A stretch of DNA of 63,123 nucleotides, filler included, from Chiloscyllium plagiosum (lineage: Eukaryota), in NCBI RefSeq assembly GCF_004010195.1. It is 6 parts of one record of this genome, joined end to end, with 100 filler letters (N's around TTAATTAATTAA, not from the genome) between each part and the next. Parts side by side here need not be neighbours in the genome. Positions count along the whole stretch, not along the records: positions 1 to 8,784 come from NC_057717.1; positions 8,885 to 15,827 come from NC_057717.1; 4 more parts are not named here. The stretch is one strand, 5' to 3'. Position 1 is the stretch's first letter; every line of letters begins with the position of its first letter. Positions 1 through 12,110 of this stretch are shown piece by piece. Position numbers and translations under genes: made by a program. The notes beneath the pieces were generated by a model. That model was not told the origin of the DNA, did no database searches, and saw only the letters and a program-made list of their open reading frames with translations.

Positions 1-169
1 AAATGATTCAGATTAATATGTTAAAGTAAAGTAACAAATTGGAGGCTTGACATCAGGGAGAGACCCTCAGCAGAATGAGATTATGAAACTGGAAGTGTTC
101 GCACATCAGAAACCAGGTTAGGTTACTGAGTACAGGGCTGATGGGTGAATGTGTCTCGATGTGAACTGG

Positions 170-960
170 GGGAAAGTCAGTAGAATTGATTTGCAGATAT
201 TGCAGCTCACATTGGGTTATCATGTGATGCTGCAGATCACAGCAGCAGTCGCAGCAGAATTGCATTCAAACACAGTCCATAACCTTTCCCCCAGGGTAAT
301 GTAACGCTCTACCATTATCATCAAGCCGAGTGATGGTTCAGTGACGAGTTTGGGTGAACATGCCAGAGTCAGAGCCATGTGTATCTAAACCTGATGACAA
401 CCCATTAAAGCTAACGCATTTGACTGGTTACATTACAAACAGAAGAACTACCATCTGGTGGAGAGGGGGAAATGATTCCAAGACAAACAGATAAAATCGA
501 AACTCTGCAGTCAAGGCACATCCAGTAATCAATGTCGATGGACTAATAAACAACTTACAGGAGGAGAGAGCTCCATAAATATCCTCAGCCCTGTACATCA
601 GTGTAAAAGACAAGATGTAGTATCTGCACCATCCTCAGCCAGACGTATTGAGTCGATAATCCACCTCACCCTCCTCATGATGCCCACAGAATCACAGATG
701 CCAGTTTTCAACCAATTCGATTCGCTGCACGTGACATGAAAAACAGCTGCACACAGTAGATATGACAAAGGCAATGGGCCCTGTCACCATTCCTGCTATA
801 GGACTGAAGATTGTGCTGCACTACAATCTGTGACGCTGGGGAAGCTGTTTCATTCCAGCTCCAATTCTGACATCTGCCTGGCCATGTGAAAAGTTCCTCA
901 TCTATATCCAGTCGCACAACAAGGGAATGACTACAGTCTGACCATTTACCACGCCCTCAG
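170..960 (+). mobile_element. Degenerate non-LTR retrotransposon ORF fragment (pre-RT region) of a second shark LINE family, here called LINE-B, distinct from the CR1/HER1 copies
   Basis: Remnant motifs cacagatgccagttttcaaccaattcgattc and acaaaggcaatgggccctgtcaccattcctgctata (KAMGP..IPA, the K.PGPD-type motif preceding LINE RT domains); many stops and frameshifts. Confidence 0.65.
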
Positions 961-1059
961 TCTCGTCAGGATAGTCGCATTGGTGGAAGTTCTTTTCGAC
1001 AGAGCTGATTCCCAGCAGCACAGGAATAACGTGCTCAGTGTGGTCTCTGATAGGTCCCC

Positions 1060-1510
1060 ATGTGGCGATGGTGCTGTTGTGCAAATATCACTGGATTACT
1101 GATCCAGACCAGGATAATTCTCTGGCAGCTGGTGGAAGTTGAAAACAATTGACAAAATATCGAGACATAAAATCTGGTCCAGTAATATTGACCTTGAATC
1201 TAATGTCCATTGTAAACATTTGTTCCCTCTCCAATGTACTTTCAGGAAGTGAATCTCACGTGCTTCCCGGTCTGGCCTACAAGTGTCTCCAGACACACAG
1301 ACATATGGTCTCTGAAACGGCCAAGCAAGTCACTCAATTGTATCAAATTGCTCTGAGCTCTTAAAGGATAAAACCAGACAGAACACCGACAACGAGCTTT
1401 GGAAAAGGGAACAGGAAACACGGTCCTTTCAACCAGACAGATGCTGCCTTCCTAATGTTTAAGAGCTTGTGACAACAATGACAGAGCTTTCCCACAGACT
1501 GCACAGAAGC
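1060..1510 (+). mobile_element. 5' end of LINE-B: decayed tRNA-like head and SINE-like body running into the start of an APE-endonuclease-like ORF
   Basis: Body motif ggtctggcctacaagtgtctccagacacacag is shared with SINEs at 11.9, 41.7 and 46.4 kb; downstream remnant reads N.V.ELV..M.ELSHRL, resembling an APE N-terminus. Confidence 0.5.
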
Positions 1511-1674
1511 ATCAGGAAGGTAGCAGGGCATTAGACACGTTTAGCTTCCCTGTTCTAGTACATGGAGACAAGTTTACTTTTATAACCCTGGTTAATACAT
1601 TCTTCAGAAACTCATGAATTCCTGTCTTATGCTGCTCAATGATTGACCGTCCAACCCATAAAATCACAGAAACA

Positions 1675-2130
1675 CTGACTCTGTACTGTCAGAAATACAG
1701 CACGATCTACATTAGTCCCAGTTTCCTATACGAGGCCCATAGCCATGTATGTTATGGCACTTGAAGGGCACGACCATGTATTTATTAACGGTTGTGAGGT
1801 TACCTGTGCCAGCTGTCCTCTCAGGAAGTGCATTCCTGACCCCAACAGCATCTGGATGAAAACCAATCCTCAAATCCTCACTAAACATCAAACCCTTCAC
1901 TTTAAAATGGTACTCCCTTCTTCTTCGCCCTTTGACTGAAAGGAACAGCTGCTGTCTATCCATCTTGTCCATGCCTCTGGTAAGCTTATCCTTCTGAAGC
2001 ACGTCCCTCTCAGCCTTCCAGTTGGCCTAACCAAAGTTACACATAGCTCTTATAATCTGTGCCTCCATGAATAGAGGCTATGTTTATGGTCGCTATGATT
2101 TGTCAACCTGTGCATTAACCTGTTAACTCA
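1675..2130 (-). mobile_element. CR1-type LINE 3' fragment, degenerate
   Basis: Minus ORF 1712-2002 (RGMDKMDRQQLF...FKVKG...RNALPE) matches the CR1 ORF2 C-terminus seen intact at 50686-51363. Confidence 0.8.
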
Positions 2131-2140
2131 TATTCAGGGA

Positions 2141-2455
2141 TATTAGATTAGATTACTTACAGTGTGGAAACAGGCCCTTCAGCCCAACAAGTCCATAATG
2201 ACCCGCCGAAGCTCAACCCACCCATTCCCCTACAATTCCCCCTTTACCTATCATTACGGGCAATTTAGCATGGCCAATTCACCTGACCTGCACATCTTTG
2301 GATTGTGGGAGGAAACCGGAGCACCTGGAGGAAACCCACGCAGACATGGGGAGAATGTGCAAACTCCACACAGTCAGTCGCCTGAGGCGGGAATTGAACC
2401 CGGGTCTCTGGCGCTGTGAGGTAGCAGTGGTAACCATTGTGCCACTGTGCCACCC
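2141..2455 (-). mobile_element. HE1-type tRNA-derived SINE, full length
   Basis: Minus strand has an A-box-like GGTGGCACAGTGGC and B box GGTTCAATTCC, the body TGTGGAGTTTGCACATTCTCCCC, and a CR1-like tail (gggcctgtttccacactgta) ending in (tctaa)n. Confidence 0.9.
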
Positions 2456-3110
2456 AATAGATGGCGAAGCACCCTCTGAGTTTCCTAGTGTGCTGCTATT
2501 CATTGAGTCCTCCCCTGTCTGTTTGCTTCTTCCAAAGTTCATCACCTCATATTTATCAGGGTTACATTCCATCGACCACTGATCCACCCATTTCATCATT
2601 CCATCTGTATCTTCCAGCAATATAAGGCCTTCCTCCTCACTGCCAATCAACCAGCCAAACTTTCTGTCAAACGCAAACTGATTTATCACACTTACCCCAA
2701 TCCCTTCCATATTCATAGCTGCATCATTTATGAATACTACAAATAATAAGGTTAAAAATCATAAAATACCAGTTTATAATCCAACAGATTTATTCGGACG
2801 CACTAACTTTCGCAGCGCTGCTTCTTCATCACGTGATTATACTCTTCGAAAGATCGTGCCTCCGAACAAACTGTTGGACTATCATCTAGTGTCCGTAACT
2901 TTTTTAACTTTGCCCAAGCCAGTCCAACACTGGCATCTCCGAATCACAAATAATTTGGAACACAGCACTGATCCCTGTGGTACACGATTGGATACTGGTC
3001 TTCAGTCAAACAAACAGACTTCTACCAGCAGACCTTCAGTCTCCTGCCACTAAGTTGGTTTGGATGCAACTTGGCAAGTCACGAATGATTTCTACCTGTT
3101 CCCTGGTTAT
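2456..3110 (-). mobile_element. CR1 RT fragment interrupted by a Penelope-end insertion
   Basis: Minus ORF reads FAFDRKFG...W.DQWSMECNPDKYEVMNFGR; gatccctgtggtacac at ~2970 is the antisense of the GVPQGS motif. Confidence 0.8.
2750..2946. mobile_element. Fold-back (inverted-repeat) Penelope terminal element
   Basis: Arm tataatccaacagatttattcggacgcactaactttcg is complementary to cgaaagatcgtgcctccgaacaaactgttggactat; same family as 35927-36060. Confidence 0.7.
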
Positions 3111-3249
3111 TCTGTTCCACTGACGTACCTGTAGAATATCTGGGGATTCTCCCTAATCTTGCCTTGCCAGCAGGTTTCCATGTCGCTGTGTTTACCTTTA
3201 CATGCCATTATTTGCCTTAAATGTAGAGTAGACAGCCAAAGAAAAATTC

Positions 3250-4260
3250 TGTTTATTTCCACCTTCTCATATGTTCAGTAACTTTTCTAAATTTCACTAT
3301 GATCACCTCTCATTCTTTGAAACTCTAAAGAACACAGGCCGAGTTTCCACATCAGGCAATCTCACCATCTGAGGGATTAATCTGGAGACTGTCCATTGCA
3401 CATCCTCCGTGGTCAGTGTATTCTTTCTCAGACTGGGTCACCAACATTGGACTCAATACTCTATGTACAGTCTCATTAGCAAGCTGTGAAACTGCTTCAA
3501 CATGACCTTCCGACTATGTTCTGATTCTCTGAAATGAAGGCGAATCTGACTTTAACTTTTCACTTTTATATATTCCTCCAATTACCATTTACATTACTTT
3601 ATTTAGGAATTCACTGCATGAGTTCAGATTTAAAAAAAAGCCTTCTGAAAATCGAAATATGCCATTTCTATGTTGCAATAAACAAGTTCAAATCATTCTG
3701 AAGTTTGTCAAATATGAACACTCTGTCAGACTCTGTCAGTGCATACTGATTCTCTCCAATTTTGCTGTTAATTTCGAAATATCCAATATCAGACCTTATA
3801 TAATAAATTCCATCAGTTTCCCTACAGATGTCAAGTTAATTGGTCTGCAATTCTCCGCACTATCTCTTCTTCCCTTTGCAGATGCTGGAATCCTTTCCAT
3901 TCATCTACAATGCTTGGAACACATTTACTAACGTCCAGCCTCTGCAAAATGTACAGGAAAAAAGCACAGTCATCGACAGCACAATTAATGCATCTATTGC
4001 TGATTTATTTCTAATATTTTGATACGAAGTACAACTGGCTCATCAGACTTAGCAATGCTCAATCCAGCTACAACACTACTATGCCAGCCTTCAACTACTA
4101 CTTTGTTACTGATATGAATTGACTTTATGTCTTTAGTTCCACAAGTTCCATGTGATCACTGAGTATTTCTCAGCGATTTTCCTCCGTGATGACAGATGCA
4201 AAGTAACTGGCTGCTTTCTTCGTCATTTCCCTGTTCTCCACAATAACCTCTCCTCTCCCC
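3250..4260 (-). mobile_element. Old, highly decayed CR1 fragments
   Basis: Antisense CR1 remnants such as tcacctctcattctttgaaactc, catcagtttccctacagatgtcaagttaattggtctgcaattc and gtgatgacagatgcaaagtaac. Confidence 0.6.
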
Positions 4261-4349
4261 ATTACAAAATTCCACATTTGACCTTGCTTTTATTTTGTTT
4301 TCTTTGCAATACAGATTGTAGATTTATGTAAACTTTGTGTTCTTCTTTC

Positions 4350-4617
4350 ACAGAATCATTAAAAGCCCATTGTATGGAAAAGGTCCTTGGGCCCAACAAG
4401 ACCATCCTGCCCCTCCGAAGAGTAACCACGCAGACCCATTCCCGTCCGATTCTACATTTTGCGACTGATGCAGCTAATCTACACATCGCTAAACACTTTG
4501 GGCAAATAAGCATGGCCAATTCACCTGACGTGTAAATCTTTGGACTGTGGGAGGAAACCGGACACCCGGAGGAAACCCACGCAAACCCGGGGAGAATATG
4601 CAAACTCCACACAAACA
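4350..4617 (-). mobile_element. HE1-type SINE lacking the tRNA head
   Basis: Body matches 2141-2455 (ggaggaaaccggacacccggaggaaacccacgc). Confidence 0.85.
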
Positions 4618-4859
4618 CATTTCTGAGAATTCTCCGGTTTCCACAATGTCTAAAATACTTCTGAAATCACTTCCTATGATTAATATAATCTTTAATTTAT
4701 CATGTTAGTATTCATTAAATCACTTGCCCTTTCCTTGGTGGTTCTACCTTAAAGAAATGGACTTTTTTTTCAGACATTGCAGTATTTCTGTAATTCTTCT
4801 GGTCTTGACCAGGTATATCCAAGAACACAGCAAAAGACGAGAGAAGATATTGCACGGGT

Positions 4860-6330
4860 CCTGGCTGATTTTTTGCATCATCGCTGGCCATGGGGGAGGT
4901 GCGAGAAGACTAGCGGGTAAAGAACGCTGTACCCTTGTTCAAGGAGGGCTGCGAAGAAGAACCTGCGGACCGTAGACCAGTTAGCGTAACAACTGTGACA
5001 TGTAAGTTCCTTGAGAAGGTTCTGAGAGATAACATATACATGCATTTGAAAAGACACAGATTCATAAGGAGCAGTCAGCACTGTTTTGTGCATAGGATAT
5101 CATGGCTCACAATTCTTTAGCGTTGTTTGAGGAAATGACCTGGAATGCTGATGAGGTTAGGGTGGTAGACGTCGTCTCTCGAGATTTCAGGAAAGCCTTT
5201 GATAAGGTTCCACATGATAGGCTGCTCTGAAAGGTTCAATAGCATGGAATCCAGGGGACTCTGGCAAATTCGACACTCAATTGGCTTGATGGTAGAAAAC
5301 AGAGGCTAATACTGGAAGGATGCTTGTTGGACTTGAGGTCTGTGACTAGTGGAGTGTCTCAGAGGTCTGTGCTGGGCCGATTACTTTTTGTTATCTACAT
5401 CAATGATCTGGATGAGAATGTGCAAAGCATGATTAGTAATTAGGCTGATGACAATAAAATAGGCAGGACTGTGAACAGTGAGGTTATCAGAAATTGCAGC
5501 AGGATCTTTATCAGCTGGGGAAGTGGGCCGAGAAATGGCAAATGGAGATAAATATGTGGGATGTTGCTTTTTGAAAAGTCAAATCCAGGTTGGAATTTCG
5601 TGGTGAATGTTAGGCCCGGAAGGATTGTAATGGAACAGAGGGACCTTGGTGCTCAGATCCGTGGTTCTCTGAAAGTAGTTGCACTTAGACAGGGCAGTGA
5701 AAAAGCCTTTTGGCACACTGGCATTCATCAGTCAGGGCATTGAGTATAGACTTTCGAGAGTTATATTACAGTTGGACAGGACGCTGGTGAGGCATGCACT
5801 TGGAGTATTGTGTTCGGTTTTGTTCACTTGCCATAGGCAGGATGTGATTAAATTGGAAAGAGGACAGAAGAAATTTACAAGGATGTTGCCAGTACTCAAT
5901 GGTATGAGTTATAGAGAGAGTTTGGACAGGCATTTTCCTTGAAGTGGAAGAAACTGAGGTGAAATCGTATAGAAATGTATTAGATCATGAGATGCGTCGA
6001 TAAGGTGAATGCACTCATTCTTTTTCCCAGTTTTGGGAATCAAAGACTAGAAGACATCAGGTTAGAGGTGAAAGAGTAAAAAGGATCCTGAGCGCCAAGT
6101 TTTTTACGCGGAGGTTGGTGCCCATATGGAATGAGCAGACAGTGGTTTGGTTGAGGCACGTACATTAACAACATTCAAAAGGCTTTTAGACAAATACGCG
6201 GATAGGGAAGGTTTAGAAGAATAAGGGGCAAGGGCCGGGAAATGGAATTAGCAGGATGGACATTTTGGTCGGCACGGAACACTTTGGTCCAAAGGGCCTG
6301 TATCCAAGCTGCAGGGCTCCATGATTCTAA
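4860..6330 (+). mobile_element. CR1 LINE ORF2 (RT) with 3' end, 5'-truncated and disrupted
   Basis: Remnants SSQHCFV, DFRKAFDKVPH, VTSGVSQRSVLGR, ADD, QKKFTRMLP, followed by the CR1 3' UTR. Confidence 0.9.
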
Positions 6331-6724
6331 TATTCTAACAACCATTGCGTGTCTACCACTCCGTGTTCAAATATTCCAGATTGCATTCAGGCGCCGTGTA
6401 AAATGCAGTATATTAACGTCTCTAGTCCTCAGAGCAAAGTTATTAATGAGTCCTTCTGACCACACAACACCAAATCCAAAATAACCTGCTCCCTTGTTTG
6501 AGTCACAACATACTCTTCAACCAACCTGTTATATGCTTATGGAATTTATTTTTCACAACATTAGCAGTCACTGAGTTAACACAGTTTAGGTGCAATTTGA
6601 GATCATGCAATAATACTGCAGCAACCACAATATTTGCATCTCTTATTTACAGAGCATATAATGCACAGCATTTGCATGAGAGCAAATAATACACTAATGC
6701 TTGCTTCTCCTTCCTATTTATAAG

Positions 6725-7390
6725 ATCCACCCAAACTGATGCTGTGGAATCTGAGGGATACGGCCAGTGGCGTTATTAGTGATAGACGTGAACAAGACAT
6801 TCGGAGAGGGTCACCTCGACGCTGGCATGGTCTGAAGAAATGACCAGCAACACAGGACAAGCATCACTATCCTGCCCAGTCTGCCAGGTTAACTTGCACC
6901 GTACTCTCTCTGCGCCCACACACTCACTACCTATTATAGAACCTACCCCCGAACAAGGCTCATACCTTATCTCCAAATAAGGCTCAGACACTACCACTCA
7001 TATTATTGAATTCAGCACCTACCACCACACCCCCACCCCCCGCCCCACCCCGCGGGCTCTCTCTCCCTCCACTATACTCCCAACACTAATAACACTGCAT
7101 GGATACAACACTGTGGACTGACTCCCTCCGGACACCTCACCATTCCCCCTCCCCCATCACCTATACCAGCATTAACAGCAGGGACACACACTCCCACAAC
7201 CACTCCCTCCCCCCTTTCTCCCACTCCAGCAGAAACGGACTGTAATAGAAGAGAAAGAGCCAAGCCAGATGGTGGAGCACCCGATATCTGATCTCGCCTA
7301 CACCCTCCCAACCATGTGTGGGGGACCCTGGTATGAGCCAGAGAGGACCAGGAGGCGTCGTATGGAGATTCCTCGACATCCATGTCCTTC
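6725..7390 (+). pseudogene. Probable Harbinger-type Myb/SANT-like ORF relic with two exon-like segments
   Basis: After a pyrimidine tract and CAG at ~7230 the sequence reads NRRERAKPDGGAPDI*, resembling the NRRER..TGGG motif of MSANTD4/Harbinger Myb-like proteins; upstream segment has LAWSE and ends tctgccagg|ttaac; in-frame stops. Confidence 0.45.
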
Positions 7391-7479
7391 CAACTGAGTA
7401 AAAAAAAACAATGTTCAGTGAATGGCAATTCGCACTTTAACCATTCAGTCTGTTCTCACAATGTTCTCCCTCCCAAAAC

Positions 7480-7765
7480 AACAAATATCACAATGCAGAG
7501 CGATACAGACACAAAAATATTCAGAGACATATGTAAATACGCTAATATACTGTCACTCACAGTACATACACGGAGATAGAACAGCACACGTGTAGTGGCA
7601 TACGGAGACATAGACAGTCGCACACAACTAGACCCAAGCACAAGTAAAACGCACAGGCTAATACACAGATAAACCGATGTCAGCACATAAATACACAAAC
7701 ACACAGACACATGAACAAACACACAGAAGTGCACATACGGACCCACAGAGACACAGACACTAGTG
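7480..7765. repeat. AC-rich low-complexity sequence
   Basis: Degenerate (AC)n/(ACAG)n runs. Confidence 0.75.
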
Positions 7766-7769
7766 CTTA

Positions 7770-8360
7770 TAAAACAGAGATAGATAGGTTTTTAATGAAT
7801 AAGCATGTCAAGAGTTACAGAGAGTAATCAGGAGAATGATGTTGAGAAATCTCTGAGCCACTATTTAATGGCATTCAGAGTCGATGGGCCGAATGTCCTA
7901 ATTCTGCGTTTTTAATGCCCGTGTGGTGTCATGCTATCAGTTGTTCTCTTCCTTGGACACGAGCAGAGAATGAGTTGAATACATATTTAATTGAAAAGAG
8001 TCAGTGGTCCTATTGGACAGGTTTAGAGGGTTGAATGCTTTATGCCTATGCCTAACTATTCTGTCCTTCTGTTTCAAAAGTGGTGGCGATTTCATGTTAG
8101 GTTAACACAGTTTAAAATAACAGGGTCCACGCTGAAATAAGGTCGCCCCTTTCACTTTAGTGTTGTACTATCTGGAGGGTCCTCATCCTCAGGGAGCACT
8201 GAAGACTCGGTTTTAGAAGATATTCAAGGCTGAGCTCGAGTGATCTTTGCTAGACAGGAGAGTCAATATTTATTGGGAACAGACAGGAGACGGATGGTCA
8301 AACACAATCGGATCAGTCATGAGCATTTTGACTGGTGGCGCCGAATGGCCAACTGCTGCC
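7770..8360 (+). mobile_element. Two short CR1 3'-end fragments (7770-7925 and 8100-8360)
   Basis: gagatagataggtttttaatgaataag...tcgatgggccgaatg; tattcaaggctgag...gatcagtcatga...ccgaatggccaac. Confidence 0.7.
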
Positions 8361-8662
8361 CCTACCCCATGTGTTGTGCCCTCAATCCACCCTCGAGACT
8401 GTTACAGAGACGTTCTGATGTCCCTACGTCATGTCTTGTTCTGGTAATCCATGTTCGATGCTGTTACAGAGATATACTGCTGCACCACCCCATGTGTCGT
8501 TTCCTCAAGCCAACCTTCAATGTGCAAACAGAAATATACTGCTGGCCCTACCCAATGTGTTGTTCCCTCAATCCACCCTCGATGCTGTTACAATGATATA
8601 CTGATGCCATTACCCCATGTATTGTGCCCTCCATCCACCCCTCGAAGCTGTGACAGAAATAG
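8353..8662. repeat. 62-bp minisatellite, 5 diverged copies
   Basis: Units start at 8353, 8415, 8477, 8539 and 8601; consensus ~ctgctgcccctaccccatgtgttgtgccctcaatccaccctcgatgctgttacagagatata. Confidence 0.9.
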
Positions 8663-8784
8663 GGGGCCACCTCATTCAGCCAGTCATTATCGTTACCATG
8701 AGACTGGAGGAGACCATTCTGCCTATTTAATGAGTTATAGAGGAAAATAGAACGAATCATTTTAGTTCATTGAGTATATTTATT

Positions 8785-8884
8785 NNNNNNNNNNNNNNNN
8801 NNNNNNNNNNNNNNNNNNNNNNNNNNNNTTAATTAATTAANNNNNNNNNNNNNNNNNNNNNNNNNNNNNNNNNNNNNNNNNNNN
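8785..8884. other. Artificial 100-bp contig linker (N44-TTAATTAATTAA-N44)
   Basis: The same structure recurs five times in the window; TTAATTAATTAA gives stop codons in all six frames. Confidence 0.9.
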
Positions 8885-9012
8885 CCTGTTGTGTAGGGAT
8901 CAGTCAGCGAGGGGGAGATTGCAGTGTTGTGTAGGGATCACTCTGGGCGGGGTATATTGTCCTGTTGTGTTGGGATCTGTCAGGGAGGGGGAGATTGCAG
9001 TGTTGTGTAGGG
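8885..9012. repeat. ~38-bp minisatellite
   Basis: Repeats of tgttgtgtagggatc...gggggagattgcag. Confidence 0.85.
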
Positions 9013-10895
9013 TTAGAAGGAAATCAGGAGGGCAAAAAGCGGACCTGAGTTCACATTGAGAAATAGGGTTAAGGAGAATCCGAAGGGCTTTTACAAATGC
9101 ATAATGGCCAAAGGGTCACTGGGGAGTGAATAGGGCCCCTCAACGTTCAAGACCGCCTGCACGTGGAGCTGCAGGAGATGGAGGAGGTACAGAACAAGTA
9201 TTACCTGTCGAGAAGGTCATGGAAGATATAGAATAGAATGATGGTTTGGGAAATAGCATTGGGAAATAGATGATGTCATCTTGCAAAATGTCCACATTAC
9301 AGAGGAGGAGTTGCTGGATGTCTTGAAACGCATAAAGGTGGATAAATCCCCAGAAACTTATCAGGTGTACTCTCGATCTCTGTGGGAAGCTAGAGAAGTG
9401 ATTGCTGTGCCCCGTACTGAAATATTTGTATCATCGATAGACACAGGTGACTTCAGGTTGGGCTAACGTGGTGCCATTGTTTAAGACGGGTGGTAAGGAC
9501 AAGCCAGGGAACTGCAGACTGGTTCGCCTGACGTCAGTCGTGGGCACGTTGAAAGACGGATACATGCGGGACAGGAATTACATGTGTTTAGAAAGGCAAT
9601 ATCTAATTGGCGATAGTCAGCATTGCTTTGTGCGTAGGAAATCATGTCTCAAGATATTGAGTTTTTTGTAGAAGTAACAAAGTGATTGATGAGGGCAAGG
9701 CGGTGGATGTGAGTGACATGGACTTCAGTAGGGTATTCGAAAAGTTTCCACATGGGAGATTGGAGAACAAGGATACATCGCATGGAATACAGGGAAAACC
9801 AGCCATTTGGATACAGAACTGGCTCAAAGGTAGAAGACAGAGTGGTTGTGGAGGGTTGTTTTTTTCAGACTGGAGACCTGTGACCAGTGGAGTGCCAGAA
9901 GGATCGGTGCTGCATCCACAACTTTCCATTAATTATATAAATGATTTGAATGTGAACATAGCAGGTATAGTTAGTCCGTTTGCAGATTATACCAACATTG
10001 GAAGGGTAGTGGACAGTGAAGAATGTTCCTTCACATTACAACGGGATGGTGAACTGATGGGTCAATGGGCTGAGGAGTGGCAGATGGAGCTTCATCGAGA
10101 TAAATGAGTGGTGCTGCATTTTGGGAAAGCAACTCTTCGCAGGACTTATACACCTAATGTTAAGGTCCCAGGGAGTGTTTCTGTACAAAGAGATCTTGGA
10201 GTGCAGGTTCATTGTTCCTTGAAAGGAGAATTGTGGGTCGATAGGATAGTGAAGACGGTGGTTGGTATGCTTGTGTTTACTGATTGGTGCATTGAGTAGA
10301 GGAGATGGGAGGTCATGTTGTGGCTATATAGGATATTGGATAAGCCAGTTTTGGAATATTGCGTACAATTCTTGTCTCCTCCCTATCAGAATGATGTTTT
10401 GTAAATTGAAATGGTTCAGAAAAGATTTACAAAGATGCTGACAGGATTGGACGATTTGAGCTAAAGGGAGAGTTTAAATGGGTTGGGGCTGTTTTCCCTG
10501 GAATGTCTGAGGCTCAGGGGTATCCATATGGAGGTTTATAAAACCATGAGAGGCATGGTTAGGATTAACAGACAAGGTCTTTTCCCTGGGGTGGGGTAGT
10601 CCAGAACAGGAGGGTCTAGGTTCAGGATGAGAGGGGAAAGATATAAAAGGAATGTAAGGGACAACGTTTTGATGTGGAGCGTGTTGCGTGTATGGAATGA
10701 CCTGCCAGATGAAGTGGTGGAGGCTGGTACAATTAGTTCATTTAAAAGGCATCTGGATGGGTATACGAACAGGAAGAGCTGAGAGGGATTTGGGCCAAGT
10801 GCTGGCAAAAGAGATGAGATTATGTTAGAATATGTGAATGGCGTGGATGAGTTGGACCGAAGGGTCTGTTTCTGTGCTGTATATCTCTCTGACTG
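9012..10895 (+). mobile_element. CR1 LINE ORF2 3' half with 3' end, disrupted
   Basis: ORF pieces ANVVPLFK.GGKDKPGN, DFSRVFEKFPHGRL, VTSGVPEGSVL, FADYT, WQME, QRDLGVQVH; 3' UTR ends at ~10895. Confidence 0.95.
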
Positions 10896-11879
10896 TCAAT
10901 GTTTTGTACTGTCCATTTCCAGCCATACACTTCACTGTTCCCCTGTTTACCTTGGTCAGTTCTCCTCTCAAACACATGTCAATGGCTTTGGTTGTGATTG
11001 CAGGGTGTGCTTTATGGTCACTTTAAAAATCCATCATCTCACTGAATTCCATTATACTGCAATTTCCCAGAGGATATCTCAGTGTGACATTACTCCTTCA
11101 CTCAGCGTCATCACCCAACGGTCAATTTCAGATAGTCACATCCTTGGCCGTTTGCACAACGTGCTATTCAAACAAACACTGATAGAAACATTCAAAGAGG
11201 ACTTCCGATAACATCACTTTTGCCGATGTGACTGTCCCAGATTATACAAAGACTGAAGTCGCCCAAAATAATCACAGTGCCTTTGCACTACACAGGAATT
11301 CATTGGAATGTGTAACAGTGTTGAGCAATGAAATGCTGTCAGGCAGCCTCAAAACTGTTCTCCTGTTTGTGTTTTTGACACGTGTTACCCAGAATCTGCA
11401 TTCAGGCTGATTCAGCTGCATCATCTGAGCCCAAATGCTTTCTCTGTAATGCCTTTGTTACCCATTACTGTCAGGGTTACCCATCCTGCACTCCCTGAGA
11501 CCCCTCAAGGAGGTGGACAATAGAATATTCATGTTCCACCTTTTGTTCACCCTGTCGCCACTAAATCGCATTTATCTCTGTGCCACAGTCCATCCACCTT
11601 ATTGCAGAGACTTTATCCAGTTCAAAAAAGAACATTACGACTGACTCATTCCACAATTTCTTGTCACAGTCCAATTCACTGATGTACAGTTTCAGTTAAA
11701 CTCTGTCTCTTCCTATTCCTTTCTGCTTGTCTTCAGCTACTTCGCCATTTTCTCTTTGGATTTGGAAAACTCCTTTCACCTGAATCCTGGCCCTGCATCC
11801 TCTCTGTCAGTTTAAAGTCCTGTCCATAAGCCTACCGACATGATTGGCCAGGCTACTGGTCCCAGCAATGTTATGTTTA

Positions 11880-12110
11880 ATTCACTCATGGGATGTTGCT
11901 GTCTCTGGCTGGCCAGCATCGCATGCCCACCCCGAGCTGCCCTTGAGCTGAGTACCTTGCTGGATCATTACAGAGAGCAGCTTAGAGTCAACCCCATCGC
12001 TCTGGGTCTGGATCATGTGTAGGCCAGACTCGCTGCCTATAACAGATTTCCCTCCTGACAGGATTAAGCAGTTAGATGGATTATACTGGACACCGGCAAT
12101 AACTTTTGGT
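11880..12110 (-). mobile_element. SINE related to LINE-B (LINE-B-like 3' tail plus shared body)
   Basis: Plus strand: ttcactcatgggatg...gccagcatc...gcccttgag, then gagcagcttagagtcaacc...ggtctggatcatgtgtaggccagac (antisense of the body at 1270-1340). Confidence 0.7.
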
